NCBI GenBank assembly: GCA_051959325.1
Contig: JBQCFI010000289.1
Span: 28,142 to 92,141, forward strand
DNA from: Ginsengibacter sp.
GTDB taxonomy: Bacteria > Bacteroidota > Bacteroidia > Chitinophagales > Chitinophagaceae
Length of the DNA stretch: 64,000 nucleotides
Direction of reading: 5' to 3'
Of the stretch, positions 57,053 to 64,000 are shown in pieces; positions within the stretch are counted from its first letter, which is position 1; every line of letters starts with the position of its first letter. The notes under the pieces are model-generated. The model was given only the letters and a program-made list of their open reading frames with translations. It had not been told where the DNA came from and ran no database searches. The position numbers and the translations under genes are program-made.

Positions 57053-58333
57053 ATGCAGATTACAAAAGTTCATGCAATAGAAATTCTGGATTCAAGAGGC
57101 AACCCGACAGTAGAAGCAACTGTGGTTCTGGATGATAAATATTCAGGAAGAGGCATTTCACCATCCGGGGCAAGTACCGGGGAGAAAGAAGCGGTTGAAT
57201 TAAGAGATGGCGATAAAAACCGTTACGATGGAAAAGGCGTTTCCAAAGCAGTTGACAATGTAAACAGAATTATAGCTCATGCGCTTACAGGAAAGGAAGT
57301 TACACTTCAAAAAGAAGTGGATGATAGTATGATAGCATTTGATGGCACACCTAACAAATCACATTTGGGTGCCAACGCTATTTTGGCCGTATCCATTGCC
57401 TTTGCAAGAGCATCTGCCGCTTACAAAAAAATTCCTTTGTTCCGGCAATTTAATAATCAGTCCAAATACATTATGCCCGTGCCTTGCATGAATGTAATCA
57501 ATGGCGGACGGCACGCGGATAACAATATTGACTTCCAGGAATTTATGATTGCACCACACAATGCGCCATCATTCAAAGAAGCCATCCGCATGGGCGAAGA
57601 AACTTTTCATACGCTAAAAGACATTCTAAAAGCCAAAGGATATTATACGGGCGTGGGCGATGAAGGAGGATTTGCGCCCAACTTAAAATCAAATGAAGAA
57701 GCCATCGAAGTAATCCTAGAAGCCATTACAAAAGCCGGATATGCGCCGGGCAAAGACATTTCATTATGCATAGACCCTGCTTCCAGTGAAATGTGGAATG
57801 ATGGAAAATATATTTTTTTTAAAAGCACAAAAGAAGAAAAGACAAGCGACCAGATGATTGCGCTCTGGGAAAGTTGGATATCACAATATCCTATCATTTT
57901 ATTAGAAGATGGTCTGGGTGAAAATGACTGGGATGGCTGGCAGGATTTAACGCAACAGTTGGGCAGCAAAGTAGAATTGGTAGGCGATGATATTTTCTGT
58001 ACCAATCCAGTCATCCTGAAAGAAGGAATTGAAGCAAAAATTGCAAATTCTGTTTTAATAAAACTCAATCAAATCGGCACCGTAACTGAAACACTTCAAA
58101 CGATTGATTTGGCTTACCAAAATAATTACAATTGTTTTATCTCGCACCGCAGTGGCGAAACAGAAGACACCACCATTTCAGATTTAACCGTTGCCACAGG
58201 TGCCGGGCATTTAAAAACCGGTAGCGGTTGCCGTGGAGAAAGAGTGGCTAAATTCAACCAGTTGTTACGCATTGAAGAACAATTAGGAAGCGATGCAAGT
58301 TTTGCCGGCATTAAAGCATTTAAAAATCAATAA
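57053..58333 (+). CDS. eno: Enolase
   Basis: ILDSRGNPTVE, PSGASTG, DFQEFM, GDEGGFAP, IKLNQIGT, SHRSGETED. Confidence 0.97.
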   Translation: MQITKVHAIEILDSRGNPTVEATVVLDDKYSGRGISPSGASTGEKEAVELRDGDKNRYDGKGVSKAVDNVNRIIAHALTGKEVTLQKEVDDSMIAFDGTPNKSHLGANAILAVSIAFARASAAYKKIPLFRQFNNQSKYIMPVPCMNVINGGRHADNNIDFQEFMIAPHNAPSFKEAIRMGEETFHTLKDILKAKGYYTGVGDEGGFAPNLKSNEEAIEVILEAITKAGYAPGKDISLCIDPASSEMWNDGKYIFFKSTKEEKTSDQMIALWESWISQYPIILLEDGLGENDWDGWQDLTQQLGSKVELVGDDIFCTNPVILKEGIEAKIANSVLIKLNQIGTVTETLQTIDLAYQNNYNCFISHRSGETEDTTISDLTVATGAGHLKTGSGCRGERVAKFNQLLRIEEQLGSDASFAGIKAFKNQ

Positions 58334-58335
58334 TC

Positions 58336-58884
58336 ATGGAAAATTTTAAAAATGTATCAAATCCCTGGCATATTTCAATAGGAGATCATACTCCTCAAGT
58401 AGTAAATGCGGTTATTGAAATCCCAAAAGGTGGCAGTATGAAATATGAACTGGACAAGAGTTCAGGATTATTAAAATTAGACAGGGTGATATATTCATCC
58501 ATGCATTATCCTATGAATTATGGTTTAATCCCGCAAACTTATTTTGATGATGGAGATCCGCTTGATATTCTTGTGCTTTGCTCCATGCCGATAGTTCCGC
58601 TTTGTCTCATGGACGCACGGGTAATTGGTATTATGCACATGGTGGATGATCAGGGTGTTGATGATAAAATTTTGGCAGTTGCACAACACGATCCTTCACT
58701 TGTTCACATAAATGATATAAAACATCTTCAGCAACACCAGATGAACGAATTAAAAAATTTTTTTGAAGGGTATAAAGCATTGGAAAATAAAAAAGTTGAA
58801 GTAGGAAACATGTTGGGAAAGGAAGAAGCTTATGATTGTATTATGCGAAGCATAAAATTATATAAAGAGAAATTCAAAAAGTAA
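58336..58884 (+). CDS. ppa: Family I soluble inorganic pyrophosphatase
   Basis: EIPKG..KYE, YP.NYG.IPQT, DGDPLD, DDKIL. Confidence 0.95.
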   Translation: MENFKNVSNPWHISIGDHTPQVVNAVIEIPKGGSMKYELDKSSGLLKLDRVIYSSMHYPMNYGLIPQTYFDDGDPLDILVLCSMPIVPLCLMDARVIGIMHMVDDQGVDDKILAVAQHDPSLVHINDIKHLQQHQMNELKNFFEGYKALENKKVEVGNMLGKEEAYDCIMRSIKLYKEKFKK

Positions 58885-59663
58885 TGCGCATAGCCGTTAT
58901 CAGCGATATTCATGCAAATCTCCCTGCATTGGAAGAAGTTTTAAAAGCACTTCGTTCACAAAACGTAGATGCGGTTTATTGTTTGGGCGATGTAGTAAAC
59001 CAAAACGTATGGAACAATGAAGTAATTACGCTTTTGAAAGAAAACAACATATTTGTTATAAAAGGAAATCACGATGCCGGGATTGGTGCGGACAAAAGAA
59101 ATTTTGAATTTTCTTTTTCATCCAGAGATACCGAAAAAAGCGGAAAGGAAGCAATTGAATACACCTTGCAGCAGGTAACGCCAGAAAATAAAGCGATTCT
59201 TAATTCTTATCATTTAGAAAAAAAATTAGTGTATCATTCTAAAGATGGACAATCATTGAAACTCTTGCTAACACACGGTGTTCCGGGAGATTTTAATCAA
59301 AGGCTTTGGCGCTTTTTACCCAAAGATCGTTTTGCCCAAATCATGCAAGATGCAGATGTTGATATTTTACTTACCGGCAATACGCATAGTCCGCATCACA
59401 TTATTATCCCTGTAGAAAGTGAAGGAGAAACAATATATAAACATGCCATTAATCCGGGCGCAATTGGAAAAACAAATGATGGTGATTGGCGAAGCAGTTA
59501 CGCAATAATCACTTTTCATCCGGAAAAGGATTTGCATAAAGAAAAAGAAGCCGTACAGGTAGATTTTTACAGGTTGGAATATGATTTGGACAGGGCGGTA
59601 AAAGCGATACAAAACAGCCCGTTGTCAATTTTATATGCCGGGTTTTTAATTGGTGGACAGTGA
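58884..59663 (+). CDS. Metallophosphoesterase, paralog of 4343-5116
   Basis: SDIHAN, LGDVV, GNHD, HGVP, GNTHSP; TAATG coupling to ppa. Confidence 0.88.
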   Translation: MRIAVISDIHANLPALEEVLKALRSQNVDAVYCLGDVVNQNVWNNEVITLLKENNIFVIKGNHDAGIGADKRNFEFSFSSRDTEKSGKEAIEYTLQQVTPENKAILNSYHLEKKLVYHSKDGQSLKLLLTHGVPGDFNQRLWRFLPKDRFAQIMQDADVDILLTGNTHSPHHIIIPVESEGETIYKHAINPGAIGKTNDGDWRSSYAIITFHPEKDLHKEKEAVQVDFYRLEYDLDRAVKAIQNSPLSILYAGFLIGGQ

Positions 59664-59985
59664 GTGTTTATTCAGTACTATAATCGCATTTGTATAAATT
59701 AATAAAGAGATAATACGACCTAAAGTATTTCCATAAATTAAATTTCTTTCTTTGCAAAAAATGAACCTCCTGTCAGTATTTGATACTTTATTTACCGTAA
59801 ATCATGCTCATCGCTACTATGCATAAAAAGTCTATCCTGCATTAATGGCATTTTGCTATAAACTAAAAGAACGAAGGGAAAGAAAAGCAATTGAATCAGA
59901 TACAAATGTTATGTAATTAAGATTAACGAAGAATCGATTTATAGATGAAAATTTTAATTTCGATCAATTCACTTTATTTAAAAAA

Positions 59986-62454
59986 ATGAAAAAAATGAAA
60001 AATAAAAATTGTGTTTCTTATTTATTTTTAATCAGTATTTTTTACTGCAACATTGGCTTCGCACAACTGCCAACCAATAACCACAAAACCTCTGAAGTTT
60101 TATTATCAAACGGATGGACATTAAGCCCTGCTGGAACCGCAATTCATCTGAGCAGTGATTTGCCCTTGAATATGGCAATTTCACCCTCTCAAAAATATGT
60201 GGCAGTTACAGATAACGGCCATGCAAAAGAAGGAATTGACCTGGTAGATATTCGAACCAAAAAACTTTTGTCTTTTACAAAAATGCAGGCTGCGTGGGTA
60301 GGACTGCAATTCAGCAATGACAGTAAATATTTGTACGCTTCCGCAGGAAATAAAAATATGATCTTTCGGTTTAAAGTGAAAAATGATAAGTTGATTGTAG
60401 CAGATTCAATTGTATTAGGCAAGCCGTGGCCGAATAAAATTGGCATAACAGGCCTTGCCCTTGATGACGCAAACTCCCGCTTATACGCGGTTACCAAAGA
60501 AAATAACTCTTTATATGTCTGTGATACCAGGTCGAACAAAATTATTAAACAGGTTCCTTTAAGTGCAGAAGCGTACACCTGCATTTTAAATCCGAAAAAA
60601 GAGGAGTTGTATATTTCTTTGTGGGGAGGAGATAAAGTGATTATTTATGATTTAAAAAAACAAGAAGTAGCCGATTCGGTAACAACTGAAAGTCACCCAA
60701 ATGATATGGCTCTTACAAAGGACGGAGAATATCTTTATGTTGCAAACGCAAACAGCAACAGTGTTTCGGTTATTAATACTGTTAAACGAAAAGCGGTTGA
60801 AACACTTTCAGCCACTTTATATCCTGATGCACCTGGGGGCAGCACAACAAATAGTGTGTCATTATCTGGTAATGACAAAACGTTGTATATAGCCAATGCA
60901 GATAACAATTGCCTCGCAGTATTCGACGTTTCTGAACCGGGAGCTTCACGTTCGGCAGGATTTATTCCAACGGGCTGGTATCCCACCTCTGTAAAGGTTG
61001 CAGGAGACAAGCTTTTAGTAGCCAACGGAAAAGGATTTCAATCAATGGCAAATCCTTACGGGCCACAGCCTGATAATAAAAAAATAAAATCGCCGTATCA
61101 GAATGGCATTACTTCCACAGAAAAATTTCCTGTCCAATACATAGGTGATTTGTTTGTAGGAACCCTTTCCTTCATCCCTTTACCTTCTTCAAATGACCTG
61201 GAAAAATATTCAACAACAGTTTATAAGAATACGCCTTATAATAAAAACAAAGAAGCACTGGCAGAAGGTGAATACGGAAATCCAATTCCACAAACGGCTG
61301 GCGCTCCTTCACCTGTCAAGTACGTTTTTTACGTGATCAAGGAAAACAGAACCTACGATCAGGTTTTAGGCGATATGAAAGAAGGAAATGGTGATAGTTC
61401 GTTGTGCATTTTTGGTGAACACATCACACCGAACCTTCACGCCCTGGCAAGGAATTTTGTATTACTGGATAATTTTTATGTGGATGCCGAAGTTAGTTGC
61501 GATGGACATAATTGGAGCACTGCGGCTTATGCAACTGATTATGTAGAAAAAACATGGCCCACACTTTATAGCAGTCGCGGGGGCGTTTACGACTATGAGG
61601 GCACCCGTAAAATAGCTTTTCCTGCAAAAGGATTTATTTGGGATTATTGTGAAAGAGCCGGAGTTACCCATCGTAATTATGGAGAATTTATTCATAATGG
61701 AGATTATCCTACAATGTCATCTTCACTCAAAGGTCATTTCTGTGCAGCCTTTCCCGATTTTGATCTAAGTATCCAGGATATTTACCGTGAGAAAGTCTGG
61801 GAACACGATTTCGATTCCCTGGTTCAAGCAAATGCATTACCCCAATTATCAGTTATGCGTTTTCCAGACGACCATACCAGCGGTATGAGGAAAGGTGCTT
61901 ATACACCTTATGCATCAGCGGCTGATAACGATTTGGGTGTTGGCCGCTTTATAGAGCACCTTTCTCATAGTTCAATTTGGAAAGAATCGGCCGTTTTTAT
62001 ACTTGAAGATGATGCACAAAATGGTCCGGATCATGTGGACGCGCATCGTTCCCCTGCATTCCTGATCAGTCCTTATATAAAGCGCCATTATGTGGATCAT
62101 ACGATGTATTCTACTTCCGGATTACTTCGCACAATTGAACTCATTCTTGGTTTGCCACCCATGAGCCAATATGATGCCGCCGCCATGCCATTATTCCGTT
62201 CATTTACGGATAGTCCAGACTTCACTCCCTATACTGCAAACCCTGCAAATGTTGATATCAATGAAAGAAATACGGCAATGAATAAATTAGCAATTGAATC
62301 TGCAAAATTTAATTTGGCAGTTGAAGATGCCGCACCGGATATTCCTTTTAATGAAGTAATCTGGAAAGCCATCAAAGGCGAAAATAGTGCGATGCCTGCG
62401 CCGCGACACAGCGCTTTTATTAAAGTTGTGGAAAAGGTGAAAGATGATGATTAA
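59986..62454 (+). CDS. Secreted YncE-like beta-propeller plus phosphoesterase/alkaline phosphatase fusion
   Basis: Propeller repeats (HPNDMAL, IPTGWYP); KENRTYDQVLGD, SCDGHNW, PDDHT, EDDAQNG.DHVDAHR. Confidence 0.88.
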   Translation: MKKMKNKNCVSYLFLISIFYCNIGFAQLPTNNHKTSEVLLSNGWTLSPAGTAIHLSSDLPLNMAISPSQKYVAVTDNGHAKEGIDLVDIRTKKLLSFTKMQAAWVGLQFSNDSKYLYASAGNKNMIFRFKVKNDKLIVADSIVLGKPWPNKIGITGLALDDANSRLYAVTKENNSLYVCDTRSNKIIKQVPLSAEAYTCILNPKKEELYISLWGGDKVIIYDLKKQEVADSVTTESHPNDMALTKDGEYLYVANANSNSVSVINTVKRKAVETLSATLYPDAPGGSTTNSVSLSGNDKTLYIANADNNCLAVFDVSEPGASRSAGFIPTGWYPTSVKVAGDKLLVANGKGFQSMANPYGPQPDNKKIKSPYQNGITSTEKFPVQYIGDLFVGTLSFIPLPSSNDLEKYSTTVYKNTPYNKNKEALAEGEYGNPIPQTAGAPSPVKYVFYVIKENRTYDQVLGDMKEGNGDSSLCIFGEHITPNLHALARNFVLLDNFYVDAEVSCDGHNWSTAAYATDYVEKTWPTLYSSRGGVYDYEGTRKIAFPAKGFIWDYCERAGVTHRNYGEFIHNGDYPTMSSSLKGHFCAAFPDFDLSIQDIYREKVWEHDFDSLVQANALPQLSVMRFPDDHTSGMRKGAYTPYASAADNDLGVGRFIEHLSHSSIWKESAVFILEDDAQNGPDHVDAHRSPAFLISPYIKRHYVDHTMYSTSGLLRTIELILGLPPMSQYDAAAMPLFRSFTDSPDFTPYTANPANVDINERNTAMNKLAIESAKFNLAVEDAAPDIPFNEVIWKAIKGENSAMPAPRHSAFIKVVEKVKDDD

Positions 62455-62547
62455 TAATAAATATCAGGAGAAGAATAACACCGAAGATTAAACAATTTCA
62501 ATAGTTCAATAATAGGCAATTAACTTCAAATAAAAATGCAAATAAAG

Positions 62548-64000
62548 ATGAAACGATTTATTTTATTGGTAACAGCGCTAATAATAATTCAACACAAAGG
62601 GAATGCTCAGTCAACAACGATCCAACGCCCTAAACTCGTCGTTGGCATTGTAGTCGATCAGATGCGCTATGATTATTTGTATAAATATTACAGCAAGTAT
62701 TCGGAAGATGGATTTAAAAAATTAATGGACCAGGGCTTTAATTGCAGGACTGCCAATTTCAATTATGCACCTACCTATACAGGTCCCGGCCATACTTCTA
62801 TTTATACCGGTACTACTCCTTCGCAACACGGTATTATTAGCAACGACTGGTATGTTCGAAAAACAGGTAAAAAAATTTATGTTACCGATGATACAAGCGT
62901 AAGTACTGTTGGCAGCCCAAATGCAGCAGTGGGTAAAATGTCGCCTGCGAATATGCTCGCGACAACAGTTACAGATGAATTGCGTTTGTCTTCCAACAAA
63001 GTTTCAAAAGTTATCGGCATCGCTTTAAAAGACAGGTCAGCTATTTTACCGGCAGGCCATTTGGCAAACGGAGCCTATTGGTTCGATTCGGAAACAGGTA
63101 ATTTCGTAACATCCACTTTCTACATGCAGGCGTTGCCGGGCTGGATGAAAAGATTTAATGACGGTCACTTAACTCAAAAATTTGTATCACAATCCTGGAA
63201 TACCTTGTTGCCGGTTAATCAATATACAGAAAGCGCCCCGGATGATAATCCATACGAAGGCTTATTTTCTGGAGAAACCAAACCCGTTTTCCCTCATGAA
63301 ATAAAAAGGATGTGGAAGCCCGATAATTTTGACGTTATCCGTTATACGCCTTTTGGCAATACCCTTACCAAAGATGCAGCCATAGCAGCTATTGAAGGTG
63401 AAAGATTAGGCAAAGGAAATACTACTGATTTTATAACCATCAGCTTTTCTTCTACCGATTATATAGGTCACATGTTTGGGCCGCAATCGGTAGAGTTGGA
63501 AGACGCTTATATACGTCTTGACCGTGACCTGGGAGACCTCGTTACCTACCTTGAAAAGTCGTATGGTAAAGATGGCTTCCTGTTATTTCTTACGGCTGAT
63601 CATGGAGCGGCCTATGTGCCGGAACAGCTAAAAGATGATAAAATTCCTGCCGGGTATTTTAATAACGGAGTAATGATAGATTCGTTGAAAGTCTATTTAA
63701 ATGCAATCTATGGCAATAGCAACTGGATTTCAAGTTATATAAACCAACAGGTATATCTGAACCGCGAATTGATAGCACAAAAAAATATTTCTTTAAAGGA
63801 GATGCAGCAAAAGGTGGCGGCTTATTTATTGCAATTCGAAGGAGTGGCTAATACGTACCCGGCTTACCAATTAAGCGCAACCACATTCAATCACCGGCCT
63901 GAAGCTTTTTTGCAAAATGGTTTTAATGCGCAGCGTTCAGGCGATGTTACTGTTTTATTAGAGCCGGGCTGGTTCGAATCACATGGAGGTACTACAGGTA
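62548..64000 (+). CDS. pafA: PafA-type alkaline phosphatase (runs off the window end)
   Basis: Manual translation from ATG 62548: signal peptide, PKLVVGIVVDQMRYDYL, PTYTGPGH, ISFSSTDYIGH.FGP, FLTADHG. Confidence 0.9.
   Translation, partial: MKRFILLVTALIIIQHKGNAQSTTIQRPKLVVGIVVDQMRYDYLYKYYSKYSEDGFKKLMDQGFNCRTANFNYAPTYTGPGHTSIYTGTTPSQHGIISNDWYVRKTGKKIYVTDDTSVSTVGSPNAAVGKMSPANMLATTVTDELRLSSNKVSKVIGIALKDRSAILPAGHLANGAYWFDSETGNFVTSTFYMQALPGWMKRFNDGHLTQKFVSQSWNTLLPVNQYTESAPDDNPYEGLFSGETKPVFPHEIKRMWKPDNFDVIRYTPFGNTLTKDAAIAAIEGERLGKGNTTDFITISFSSTDYIGHMFGPQSVELEDAYIRLDRDLGDLVTYLEKSYGKDGFLLFLTADHGAAYVPEQLKDDKIPAGYFNNGVMIDSLKVYLNAIYGNSNWISSYINQQVYLNRELIAQKNISLKEMQQKVAAYLLQFEGVANTYPAYQLSATTFNHRPEAFLQNGFNAQRSGDVTVLLEPGWFESHGGTTG

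Noticed and set aside
59760-59915. Possible coding remnant (…KVYPALMAFCYKLKERRERK…)
   Set aside because: It looks protein-like but contains a stop, and I cannot assign a family without a search.
808-61695. The many 60-130 aa ORFs in the track that lie antisense to or out of frame within long genes (e.g. 1304-1486, 37014-37448, 57643-58068)
   Set aside because: They are shadows of well-supported CDSs, with no motifs or plausible starts.
1-64000. CRISPR arrays, tRNA/rRNA genes, IS elements, other riboswitch classes
   Set aside because: I saw no regularly spaced repeats, cloverleaf/rRNA signatures, DDE/HUH/tyrosine-recombinase motifs or other aptamer consensus by eye; a cmscan would be needed to exclude weak hits.

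Overview
This is 64 kb of AT-rich Bacteroidota DNA (TAnnTTTG -7 promoter boxes, no evident SD sites, Chitinophagaceae-like gene families; taxonomy is inference). It is a multi-stress resistance island built from modules. (1) Arsenic operon arsR-arsM-arsC-[arsN remnant]-usp-acr3-metallophosphoesterase. (2) An SDR/YnfA block. (3) An OmpR-type two-component module with two PepSY-like proteins, TolC-MFP-RND, DUF1232, PAP2 and HAD. (4) A minus-strand PAP2-PAP2-EamA-alkaline-phosphatase-family cluster headed by a fluoride riboswitch. (5) An AraC-linked TolC-RND-MFP-DoxX module. (6) A large copper and Zn/Cd/Co cluster (two multicopper oxidases, CopZ, DUF3347 x2, P1B ATPases, Csp-like protein, DUF305, DUF6660-CusA/CzcA-TolC fusion). 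(7) A fluoride module: riboswitch-CLC(F)-DUF190, then riboswitch-crcB-DUF190-MFS-hypothetical-eno-ppa-metallophosphoesterase. (8) Two secreted phosphatases at the end. The most interesting signals are as follows. There are three fluoride riboswitches, one of them over a PAP2 lipid-phosphatase cluster. All three carry a hairpin that covers or abuts the start codon. A 20-nt direct-repeat box sits exactly 6 nt upstream of a -7 box at five promoters, linking the two-component system to the fluoride-riboswitch cluster. A 105-nt switch-like hairpin leader precedes a small ORF. No transposase, integrase, tRNA, rRNA or CRISPR array was seen, but many decayed gene fragments mark repeated accretion. All calls are by eye from motifs; no database searches or folding were run.
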